From NCBI GenBank assembly GCA_964016885.1, contig CAXHJY010000159.1:124001-188000 (forward strand): a stretch of DNA of 64,000 nt, read 5' to 3'. The stretch comes from Eledone cirrhosa. Its lineage: Eukaryota. The notes under the pieces are model-generated. The model had not been told where the DNA came from. It did no database searches and saw only the letters and a program-made list of their open reading frames with translations. How positions within the stretch are numbered: position 1 is the stretch's first letter; each line of letters starts with the position of its first letter. The translations under genes and the position numbers were made by a program. Positions 37,791 through 49,898 of this stretch are shown here, one piece after another.

Positions 37791-37826
37791 TCTTCTGATG
37801 AAGGACTAGCGTCCGAAACGTTAAGA
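37791..37826 (+). ncRNA. Minimal type I hammerhead ribozyme motif (Penelope-type)
   Basis: TCTT-CTGATGA-A-GGAC-TAGC-GTCC-GAAA-CG-T-T-AAGA. Stems I and II pair, and stem III is the palindrome ACGT. Confidence 0.7.
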
Positions 37827-38018
37827 CCCTCTTCCTGCTATATCAAGCGTTAACCTAATATATTCTTTCCATATACTGTACTGATTATGTTGTTATTTCT
37901 GTTTACCTTTTACATACATATACATAGAGAGACAGAGTCTGCTGTGCTGTGACTGAGGAGACTACTAATCATGTGAGTACTCGATACATGGGGAGATATA
38001 GAGTGGGGATTTTACATT

Positions 38019-38081
<63 letters not shown>

Positions 38082-38530
38082 ATTTATATTTATATATATC
38101 ATCAATCATCAGCAGCATCATTTAACTGCTTTCCTTGTTGGTAAAGGTTGAAGGGTTGAATAGGTCATAGGCAGACTGGGTTTGTACTCAAAGAGGACGT
38201 ACAAACCTCATGATGGACTGGGAGCTACCATCTGGCTTACATTTCTGCATCCTACCAAATACTCAGATAAGCTTGCAGCCAGCAAATTGCTTACATACAA
38301 TCCCACACACTACCAAGTGAATTTTATTGTGACACTTTCACCAGTCAGGTTGTTGTGTCTTTGATACAGCTTAAGAGTCTTTCTGACTCTTTGTTTGGCA
38401 GGTTTTTTTCATCTGGATGTCCGTCCTGTCACCAAACACTTTAAAGTGTATTGGGTACATTTATCATGTATATATATATATAAGTATGATAAGAGGGTGT
38501 TAAAGTTTGCTTGAAGCATTGTGAAATGTG

Positions 38531-38814
38531 TAAAATATGTAGTTTAGAAAGCCACAACAATGCAGATGGGAAATCTCGAGGTAGGAAGTGAGTGAGAAAT
38601 AGGAGAAAAGTGAAAATTGAGAGAATGAAAACAAAACGTTGATGGGCGTAAGCCCGAAATATTGGGATTAAATCTCCACTACGGTAACCCTTCTACCTTT
38701 GTTTTGTTTTCATTTTCGTTTCTCTCAATTTTCCCTTTTCTCCTATTTCTCACTCACTTCCTACCTCGAGATTTCCCATCTGCATTGTTGTGGCTTTCTA
38801 AACTACATATTTTA
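38531..38814. repeat. ~95-bp inverted repeat around a truncated hammerhead-like core
   Basis: Arms 38531-38624 and 38720-38814. The spacer contains GA-T-GGGC-GTAA-GCCC-GAAA-TATT-GGG. Confidence 0.85.
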
Positions 38815-39599
38815 TATATAAGTATGTATATATTGGACCAGTATCCAGCGAAAGTTGTGGTGGTGTGCCTCTTCAAGTTTGTATGTTGTTGGCAGAAGAG
38901 GTTCCAATATTTCAAATGGAGTTCTTTAGAAGAGGAATATTCTTCACTGCTCTCAATCCATGGGAGTGTGAGAATAGTAAAGTATTGGAAAGGGTAAAAG
39001 AAATTAGTTACTGTAAATATATAGGAGAAGAGTGATTGGAAGGTGAAAGGAAGACAATTTGAGAGAGTAGGGTTGCAAGAGGGGAGAGAATAAGAACAAG
39101 AAGGAAGAGGAGGATTAAAATGAGAAGGAAAGGTGGGGATTATTGATCAGTATAAAGTAGGGAGGGAGTTGGGGATTTTTTGTTTGACAGTTGAAAGAGG
39201 GTCTCATTCATGTCTGTACATGTACATACATGCAAATAATTGAAATCAGCTTGCCAGCCAATGTATGTCCATACACAAGCACATACACACACACATGGTG
39301 CCATGCATACTACATTAGTAAAGAGTAATCTGTCATACACAGGTGCATGCATATATGATGCCACACATACAGACAAATAGCAGAAACTAAGCTGCTAGGC
39401 TGCATGTTCTCAGGTACATGTACACAATCATATAGATGCTCATGATCTCATAGCAAACAATATACACATGCAATGCATGTAACCACATGCAATGGCATGT
39501 GAATGCACTCATATACATAGCCATAAGTGTATATGCACACATACACATATTCATCTAAATATGAATATGAAAATATTCATATATTCTGATAAATGTATT

Positions 39600-39661
<62 letters not shown>

Positions 39662-39884
39662 TGTCAACTGCACACACACACACACACACACACATATATA
39701 CATTCATACATATGCAAAGATATGTCAAGAAAACATCAATAAAGCTCAGCACTTATAGATGAGATGGAGTTAGAAAGGTGGGCTGGGATCAGAAAAAGGA
39801 AAAGAAGAACTGCTGCTTTAAACCAAAGAAAGATGTTTTGAAAGACAAAATGTATCGTGTATGTATGAGTGTATATATACACAT

Positions 39885-40050
39885 CATCATCATCATCATC
39901 ATTTCATTTTACGTCCACTTTTTCCCTGCTTGCAAGGGTGGGACGGGAACTGATTCTGGCTTGATTTCTACAGCTGGATGCCCTTCCTAACACCAACCTC
40001 ATTTACAGTGAGTACTGGGTGCTTTTTTGCCGTGGCACCTCCACGACCAC
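39885..40050 (-). mobile_element. SINE with an RTE-derived 3' tail ending in (TGA)n
   Basis: The tail is nearly identical to the RTE end at 55347-55390. Its internal motif TTAGGAAGGGCATCCAGCTGTAGAAA also occurs near 37150, 45120, 50600, 58930 and 62950. Confidence 0.75.
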
Positions 40051-40567
40051 TTTGCAGTGGAATGATAGGGACCTCAGTCCCTATCATCTCATTTCTACAG
40101 CTGAGTAAACTGGAGCAATGTGAAATAAAGTGTCTTGCTCAAGGAAACAACACATCACCTGGTCTGAGAATTGAACTCACAACCTTTCGATTGCAAGGCC
40201 AATGCTCTAACAACTAAGCCATGTGCCTCCACATATACATACATATATTTATGTATGGGCCTGTCATGCCTGATGGAGTCATACGAGTGCAATAGTGACA
40301 TTTTGGGGCATTCTTAAATCTAGCAGAGTCCATCTGCTCTCCAGGTTTGAGCATGGCTGATTTTTTTCCAGAGTAGGATAGAGAGAGAGAAAGAGATATA
40401 GAGGAAGAATTGACCCCAGTGCTAGGCTGGTACTTTTATTTATTAACCTTGAAAGGATAAAAGGCAAAGCTGACCTCAGCAAGATTTGAACTCAGAGTGC
40501 AGAGAGCTAAAGCAAATACCACAAAGCAGTCTATCTGACATTCTAACAGCTCTGCTAATTTGCTGCC

Positions 40568-40600
<33 letters not shown>

Positions 40601-40772
40601 ACACACACACACACAGATCAGGGCTTTCCTGGTGATTTCCTCCAAATGAAACAGTTCTAGTCCTGTAGAAGCCATTTCTATATTAAATATTTATACTCTG
40701 CTATGTATTGAGTACCTTACTTATTGTGGTTACCCCCGATTGAACCCGGGATAAACACACATATGTATATAC

Positions 40773-40842
<70 letters not shown>

Positions 40843-41728
40843 TTAGGGTAAACATTGATGCAATTCAATAATATGGATCATTTTGCATATATGTACTCTG
40901 TGTTTTTGCATTCATTCATTCACTCATTCATTCATTCATTCATTGGTTCTTTTCTTTTGTGTACTTTATACATGTCTTTGTTGGTTTTGTTCCATGTGAT
41001 GGAAATTACGACTATGTACCCAATTGACTACTACCCGTAATACTGTAATTTACCCTCAGTTCTACTGTACGGCACCATCGTTCAGTATGTAGATAGTGTA
41101 ACTAACCTTAGGACCCCTTTCAGAACTTCTTACTTAAACATCTCTCTGCATATTATTTACTCACTTCAATCTATATTTTTTTTTTACTCACCTCAATCCG
41201 GATTCTCACTTGAAAAATCTCTAATTGTTTAATTTCTATTTGTTAATTTTTTAATTTATAATTTCTGATACTTGATTTAGGATTTTCGATTTTAAATTGT
41301 AATTTTTAGTTCTAATTTCACATATAACTTCCAATATGAAACTATGATACATAGAATTAAAAATATATACTCTTAGGGGTTGATGGTCAGTTATTAGTGA
41401 GAGGTAGTATAGAGAATGTAAATACTAACACTCTCCCATCCCCACTGGCTTTCGGCTGACTGCCACAGATGGGATGGGTAGTAGTAAACTATGGTGCCGG
41501 CTTGAATGGGTCATTGTCTGGCTGAGAGAGGGAACTGACTAAGCGAATTTCGTTTAAATCTGCGGTAGCTAATGGTCAACTTCCCCCTGGACCTGCACCT
41601 GCACAGACCAGTGGGGATGAATTGGTACTCACAGGGAACGGATGAAGAACCCAAAAGCACATACTTCGTCCGTTCCCATGTCGATTCAATTTGGATTGCC
41701 TCGGAAACATAACCTTATTATGTAACAA

Positions 41729-41802
41729 GCTGTCTGACGATGTCGCGAGACTGGCGCTCAGAACAGTGTGTCCACTTTCGCCATTGAAATATATATCACA
41801 GC
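41729..41802 (+). ncRNA. Type I hammerhead ribozyme with an enlarged domain II
   Basis: GCTGT-CTGACGA-[45 nt: GTC-GCGA-GAC, TGGCG...CGCCA]-GAAA-TATATA-TC-ACAGC. Stem I pairs perfectly and the cleavage triplet is AUC. Confidence 0.7.
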
Positions 41803-41853
41803 ATTATTATTAAAGGACTTGAACATCTGAAACTACTTTGCTTTTCCTTATTC

Positions 41854-41883
<30 letters not shown>

Positions 41884-41890
<7 letters not shown>

Positions 41891-42048
41891 GAATAATCAC
41901 AGGAGATATTTTTTACAAGCATGTAACCATGCATAGCTAGTTGGGTAACACATAAATAAAGTTGACTACAACTTCAAAAATAGATACCTTTTAATATGAT
42001 TACACGCTTGTAAAAATTATCTCCTGTGATTATTCATGTATATATATA
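41884..42048. repeat. ~47-bp inverted repeat bounded by (TA)n
   Basis: 41884-41930 versus about 41996-42042, with about 3 mismatches. Confidence 0.85.
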
Positions 42049-42628
42049 TGTTAATCAATTTCTAGTTATTATAAAATGCTCGGACCTATCTTTGAGGTTA
42101 TTTTCCAGGTGATATGGTGCACGCCGTTATGGCATGACACCCACAATTTCGATTTAGATTAAATTCATTTAATTTATCTTAATTTTGGATATAGATAGTT
42201 ATATATATATACATATATATATATCGTCTAACCCATGCTAGCGTGGAAGAACGGACGTAAAACGGTGATGATGATGATGATGACACACACACATATACAC
42301 ATAGAGAGATGGACTCTGCTAGGTTTATATGTTCAAATTGTAACATATATCACTATGGTGCACCACAAAATTAGGAAGGTGTATGCTAGTTTGCTATTTT
42401 ATACACTATAATATATTTACTATATGATTACAACAACACCAACAACAACAACAATAACAACAGCAGCAGCAGCAGCAACAACAACAACAGCAGCAAAGCA
42501 ACAACAACAACAACAACAATTGACCAGTACAGATTTTGCAGAATTGCAACAAATGATTTCTGCTTTAAGAAGGGAAGTAACAGGAATAAAAGTCTATCTG
42601 ACATTCTAACAGCTCTGCTAATTTGCTG

Positions 42629-42679
<51 letters not shown>

Positions 42680-42784
42680 ACACACACACACACAGATCAG
42701 GGCTTTCCTGGTGATTTCCTCCAAATGAAACAGTTCTAGTCCTGTAGAAGCCATTTCTATATTAAATATTTATACTCTGCTATT

Positions 42785-44405
42785 CGGGTAGGACCCCACA
42801 ATGAGGGGTCTTATCGGAATGCCTTGCTAAAGAATCTCCCTGTACCTCTTGTTGTATCTGGGCACACTGAGAAGACTGCAGAATCTGCTACCCATGAAGT
42901 AATTGCCATTGGGGTACCAGAGGACAAGGCTGATCTTCAGGCATTTGCTGCCAGCTCAGCCAAAGACCTAGGCTGTGTTCCCCCAAAGGGTGCTCTCCGC
43001 CTTGGTCGACCTGGTCCAAAACCCAGACTCATCAGGCTGTCTTTTTTGGACCCCGCTGAGGCAATTTCATATCATCTGGGCTCTGTTAAAGCTGGGCGTG
43101 AAAATCGGATTACCTTCCGAACACACCCAGGCCTACCACCCAATGTACGTCCAAAGCTACGTGCTGTAGCTTCCTTGAATCGGAACTCAGCACAACATGA
43201 AAGTTTTAGTCTGCGTGATGATGGGCAGATCTGGAGGTTTGTTAAGGCTGGTGAAACGTGGAAGAGAAATACCAGCTGGTCTGAGTGTGCTCTACCCACA
43301 ATAACTGGCAATGAAAACACTGCAACAACTCTGGGAAACTAAACCAGAACAACCTGCCATCCTCTACACACCATCATAAACTGCTTGTGGCATATATTAA
43401 TGACATAGATGTCAACTTAAAGAATGCCACGGTACTGAAATATGCAGATGACATCAAGCTGTACCTTGAAATCAAAAGGACTGATCCTGAAATCTACAAC
43501 TCTTTCCTACAATCAGAGCTGGACACAATGCAGCAATGGATCACAGATTGGCAACTGAGGCTGGCTGTGGACAAGTGTACCACCATGCATTTTGGGAGGA
43601 AAACCCAGCATCCACATACTCCCTCCACAACACTGATATCAAGAAGTCCTATTGTGAACGTGACCTGGGCATTACTGTCAGCAGCGATTTGCGTTGGACA
43701 AAGCATGTCTCTAAGATTGTCAAGAAGGCTGAGGGTGTCTTGGCATCACTCAGCAAGACCTTTGTTAGCCACTCTCCAGCCATCTAATTAAAGTGGTATA
43801 CAGCTATGGTACAACCACACTTGGAATTCGCATCATCAGTCTGGAACCCCTATCTTGCTCAGAACATTGACCTCCTGGAAACTGTTCAGAGACGTGCAAC
43901 CAAGTGCATACCCTCCATCAGACACCTACCATACTCTGAACGCCTTGCTTCCCTGGGCATGGATTCATTGAAGCTCCGACGTCTGGCAATGGACTTGGTA
44001 AACACCCACAAAGTTATTAACCATCTCGCCAACAACAACCCTGAGCACCTTTTTGATCTCCATGTGTCTATCTAACACACGTGGACATGCCTACAAAATC
44101 AGAAAACAGCACAGCTCCCATGACTTTCGGAAACATTTTTTCATGCTTCGAGTTGCTGAAGCATGGAATAAACTGCCTGCATCAGTTGTTAGCTGCCGAG
44201 ACACTGCATCCTTTAAAACCCTCATGCTTCCCGAAATTTGACAAAACTACACCTGATGTACCCCTTCCATACACATGTGTATATCATGACTCATGCACTG
44301 TTCATTTTCCTGACGTTTGTACATTACCCTATGTACTATACATACACTTTTTGATGAGTTGTAGTGCACCTGAGCACTGTACACAATATTTTCATTATCA
44401 TATTA
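42785..44405 (+). mobile_element. Internally deleted CR1-group LINE (ORF1-like C-terminus joined to the RT C-terminal half and 3' UTR)
   Basis: ORF1-like RLGRPGPKPRLIRLSF, then AYINDID/KYADDIKLY, VQPHLEFASSVWNP, VQRRATK, TRGH.YK and RVAEAWNKLP. Confidence 0.85.
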
Positions 44406-44802
44406 TCATGATTACATATCGAGGGCTCTTTCTTTAGTGATTACAGCCATACATTCAGGCAACTATATCATCATTGTCATCGTCATCATTTTAACGCCTA
44501 CTTTCCCTGCTAGCAAGAGTTGGATGGGTCAATACAGACCAAGACAGTACTGAAATGGGGCCACAGATCTCCCAGGCAGGCCAGGGATCTGAGTCTCACT
44601 TATGTACAGTCACATGTTCCCCCAAACGCTCAGGAGAGGTTGTCATGTCTTTGACATATATATATATATATATCAGTGGCAAAGGGTAACCTGGAAAGCA
44701 GAGCATGCAGTCCAATCGCCATGGCAGAAAGTGGGGTTGTACAGCCTTACCCCCCAATTCCCTCTAAATGACCCTCCCGGTCAAAGCCGCATGTAGTGTT
44801 AT

Positions 44803-44840
<38 letters not shown>

Positions 44841-44937
44841 CTTTTTATGTGTCTACGATTTAGCAAGCAGCCAAAATTCTGCTTGCTTCAACCGACGCAA
44901 TTGATTCTATAACACATGCATGCACCCATCGCCCCTG

Positions 44938-44996
<59 letters not shown>

Positions 44997-45528
44997 CATC
45001 ATCATCATCATCATCGTTTAACATCCATCTTCCACGCTTGCATGGGTTTGGACGGGAGTTTTCCCACTTGAGGCAAGAGTGGTTGTCTCGCTCGCATAGG
45101 ACTGTCTGGCGGGTTTTCTACAGCTGGATGCCCTTCCTAACACCAACCACGTTTACAGTGTGGGGCTGGGAGGTTTTTACCGTGTTGCCTACACGGCCAT
45201 ATTACAGCGTGGACTGTCTGGCGGGTTTTCTACAGCTGGATGCCCTTCCTAACACCAACCACGTTTACAGTGTGGACTGGGAGGTTTTTGCCGTGTTACC
45301 TACACGGCCACATTACAGCGTGGACTGTCTTTTTTTTTTTGTCGTGACACCTACACGACCTCATTTGTTTCGGACTGGATGTTGTGGTACCAACATAACT
45401 TTACATTGAAAGGGGTGGTGTGGATGGGGTGGGGGTAGTGGGACGGGGGTGTATTTTGTTAGAGGTGCCTACTGACTGTAGTAGGTTTCACTTTGTACTT
45501 AGGTAAGGCGGGTCTTATATATATATAA

Positions 45529-45729
45529 GTTTATCCCAGGTTCAATCGGGGGTAACCACAGTAAGTAAGGTATTCAATACATAGCAGAGTATATATATTT
45601 AATATAGAAATGGCTTCTACAGGACTAGAACTGTTTTATTTGTGAGAAATCATCAGGAAGCGCTTCCTGATGCTTTCTACCGAATTAAATAGTTCTAGTC
45701 CTGTAGAAGCCTTTCTATATTAAATATAT
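45529..45729. mobile_element. Fold-back element of the 9564-9786 family
   Basis: Palindrome centred on catcaggaagc|gcttcctgatg at 45661/45662, flanked by (TA)n. Confidence 0.7.
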
Positions 45730-47119
45730 ATATATATATATATATATAAAGAGAGAGAGAGAAAGAGAGAAAGAGAGATACACACACATATTATATATAC
45801 ATACTATCTGCAACATGGAAAACTCAGGGAGCTTCATTGGCTCTGATTTGTAATCAAATTCGATATACCATCATGAAAATTCAAATTGCTACAAATTTTG
45901 TGCAAATATTTAATTTAAAAAATTTATATTATTGTTTGTACAAATCAATTTTGATTTTAAATAAATTTAATTTAGAATTTAACTGTGATAATTAGAGCAA
46001 TTGTTTTTAAAATTTATGTTGGTGATTATGTTAATAATTGTAAAGTTAATGAATTTAATCTCTAAATTCATATTCTTTAGGCAAAGCTGTAAAATCAAAT
46101 TGGCTTTCAATTATATTTATGGCTACACACAATTTTTATACATAAAGTGATACATAAAATGTAAGCCTAATATATGTAATCATAATGTTAATAAAATCAA
46201 CATAATTTCAATGTAGTTCTTAGAAATGTTTTACTTCAAATTCTATAGTTCCCTTATTAAGGTTTCCCTTTAACCCTTTAGCATTTACATTACTCTATAT
46301 TTACTACTGTATTTTCACAGTGAAGGCTTTACCTCACATAATTATTGCATATAATATCGAATCTATGAGATTTTGATATTATTTATTATTGTCTTATAAA
46401 AGGAAGGACACATTGATAGAAAGAAGTCCAAGACACTCATAGGCGGTGGATTGGCAGAATCGGTAGAGCATTGGACACCATGCTTTGTAGCATAGAGTTA
46501 TAGCCCTTTACGGTCTGAGTTCAAATCCCACCAAGGTTAACTTTGCCTTTCATCCTTATGGAGTAGATAAAATAAAGTACCAGTAATGTACTGGGGTAAT
46601 TGCTGGCCTTGTGCCAAAAGTAGAAACAATTATTTATTTTGAGAACAATACCTTAACATCAGTATGAGTGGCCAATTACAGCCAGTTTGAACAGAAAGAG
46701 GTGAGAAAATTCTGGCCAGATACAGCTGGTTTAAATGCTAATGGGTTAATCACATAAAATCATCACTATCAACATCATCATTTATGCTGGCGTGGTTAGG
46801 GAAGGTTTTTCTGTGAAATTACTGCTTTCATATTCAAGACAGAGGACCACATCATGCTTGTACATTCCATTTCTATGGCTGGTTGGCATCCTTAATGCTA
46901 AGCACTTTACTGAATGTACTGGATGCATTTCGTCATGGTGGCACAACTAGAGAGGTTACCTTGTCTTGTACGAACCAAATCTTTTTGGCTCTCCTACACA
47001 CCTCAGTGGTAGATGACCAGTCATCTGGCAGCCTTTATGAAATTTGTTTTGCAAATGGTTGTCACTTACATCACAAAACTCCAGACACTTTCATATATTT
47101 TATTTCTTGTACTATGTGT

Positions 47120-47526
47120 ATTGAGGAAGGAAGGGGTGATGACGCCACACACTATAGATAACTGAGGAAGGAGGGTGATGCCGTCACACACTAGAGATGA
47201 TTGAGGAAGGAAGGGGTTATGACGTCATGCACTAGAGATGATTGAGGAAGGAAGGGGTGATGACATCACATACTAGAGATGATTGAGGAAGGAAGGGGCG
47301 ATGATGTCATGCACTAGAGATAATTGAGGAAGGAAGGGGTATGACGTCACACACTTGAGAGGATTGAGGAAGGAAGGGGTGATGACATCACATAGTAAAG
47401 ATAACTGAGGAAGGAAGGGGTGATGACATCACACACTAGAGATGATTGAGGAAGGCAGGGGTGATGACGTCACACACTATAGATAACTGAGGAAGGAAGG
47501 GGTGATGACGTCACATACCAAAGATG
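47120..47526. repeat. Minisatellite, 10 x ~41 bp, containing a TGACGTCA motif
   Basis: Consensus ATTGAGGAAGGAAGGGGTGATGACGTCACACACTAGAGATG. Confidence 0.92.
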
Positions 47527-49836
47527 GTATAGCCTTGACAGACACAAATGTGCCTGTATTAGTTTCCTAATATAACCATTGAAGTTGAAAACATGTGTTA
47601 CAATATCTAGCACTGGTCCTTTAATTTTCATATTACTTATGAGGCAAAAGCAAAACTTATGGATGTTATCAGAGTCACAATTATAAATCTGAGTATAATT
47701 ATTCTATCCCTTATTTTACCTATCTCGGTTATTCTGTTTACCCACATCATCTATATCTAAATGTGTGTGTGTACGCATACGAAAGTGTGTGCATGTGTAT
47801 GCATAAGAGTGTGTGTGTTTGTGTAAGAGTGTGTGTGTGTGTGTGCTTGTGTGTTTGTGTTTGTGTTTGTGTGCGTGTGCATGTGTGTGTGTGTGTGCTT
47901 GTGTGTGTGCTTGTGTGTGTGTGTGTGTGTGCTGTAAAGTTTAAAATTCCAACTTCAAATCCCACTGGGTGTAGCTTCAAACAGATTGTATTCCCTATAT
48001 TTAATGTCTCATATTTAAACTTGCATAAGCATCATTCGGCACATCGTTTGTTTTGTGTAGTGCTACTTGAGGTGTTGACATTATAATTGATATCCTATTG
48101 TTTGATTATATTTCTCTAGAGGCCTGAAAATACTAAGTATTTATTAGCATTTGTCATCATTATAAATAACACAAAAGTAAGTAAAAGGCAGAAGTAGAAA
48201 GTGTCATACTAAAGACCGTAATATTAACCCTTTAGCATTTAAATCAGCTGTATCCAGCCAGAATTCTCTCACCTCTTTCTGTACAAACCAACCATAACCA
48301 GCTGTTCATACTGGCGTTAAGGTATTGTTCTTAAAATAAATAATATCAAAATCTCATAGATTTGATATTATGTAAGATAATTATGTGAGATAAAGTGTTT
48401 ACCGTGAAAATACAATAGTAAATATACAGTAATGTAAATTCTAAGGGGTTAAAGCACCAGAAAAAATGTTTTGCAATATATATTTTGGCTTTTTGCATTC
48501 TGAATTCAAATGCCACCAAATTCAACTTTGCTTTTCATCCTTCCAGCCTCAGTAAATAAAGTACTAGCAGAATCATTAGAACATTGCAGTATCTGTTCTG
48601 GCTTTGTGATCTATTTGGGTTATATATTTAATCCATGATTTTAGCAAAGTCCAATCTGCTGCAAGCAATAAAAAAACAGTTCCAGGTTTGAGGATTCCTT
48701 CTTCTCTCCCACCAGTCTTGGAAGACCTGAAAAGGGTCATGGACACTTCCCTTTCTCTTGATTATGTGATAAAATAACATGTGGGTCCTAATACTAATGT
48801 GAGAAATCAATATTAATGATACAACAATGGGTGGTGGATTGGCAGTATTGGTAGAGGGTCTGACGCCATGCTTTGCATAGAGTTATGGCCTTTTACAGTT
48901 AACTTTGCCTTTCATTCTTACAGATAAAATAAAGTACCAGTAATGCACTGGGATAATTGCTGGCCTTGTGCCAAAAGTAGAAACAATTATTATTGATACA
49001 ACTATGATTACGTTTCTTTTCTAAAATACTGAATTAGAACTATAAGAGTGCTGTATTTTGCTTGAAGCATTGAAGAATATGTAGAAAACAGTTTTTATAG
49101 ATGGCCATAGCAAAGGAGATCGTATATTGAATATAAAAATTAACAGTAGCAAACATAGTGAAATGTTACCATAGAAATATTTAATTAGTCCTGATATATT
49201 TCTGGGAAATCACCCCTTTTTGAGGGTGTAAAGATATATTATTCTATATACAATAATCATATCACTCTCATTATCTTTTAACAACTTTCAGAAGGATATT
49301 TACCCCCAAATATATCAGGGCAAAAAAAAAACAGTTTTATAAAATTAGAGAATGTATGAATTATGGTTCTTTACTCTTCCTTTTTTCCTAATTAATATTC
49401 TGTCATATTGTCATTGAAATTTCTTAAAATTCAATGCATGATCAAGATTGTATTGTACATACATAGTCCAGTGTAATATACATTTCTGTTTGAGTACTTT
49501 AGCATTACATTAATGGCATAAAACAGTTTTTTTTATATTCTTCCACATTTATATGTGTTTTTTTTATCTTTATAGTACTAAATTATGCTTAGGGAATATT
49601 TACTATTGAATATGATAGAGAGAGAAAGAGAAAAAGAAAGAAATGTAAAGAAAAGAGAAAGAGAAAATAGAAATAGCAAGAAAAGGGAAAAGAGAAGATA
49701 GAGTGAAGAAAGAAAGAAGAATCAGCTATAGACAAAATAACAAAGTTTATTCATGTCAGCTAATTTCTGGTACTACAAACATCTTGTCTGCAGTGAATAG
49801 TAATATTGATTTCTGTGAACAGAAGTAATGTCTTAC

Positions 49837-49898
49837 CTGTTAAGGCAAGTCTCAAACATTTCACCTCCAACAGATTCATAGATTACGTCAATACCATT
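49837..49898 (-). CDS. PTGR3: PTGR3/ZADH2-like exon (NGIDVIYESVGGEMFETCLN(S))
   Basis: Acceptor tttttAG and donor GTAAGA, 62 nt. G.DV.YESVGG.MF motif. Confidence 0.92.
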
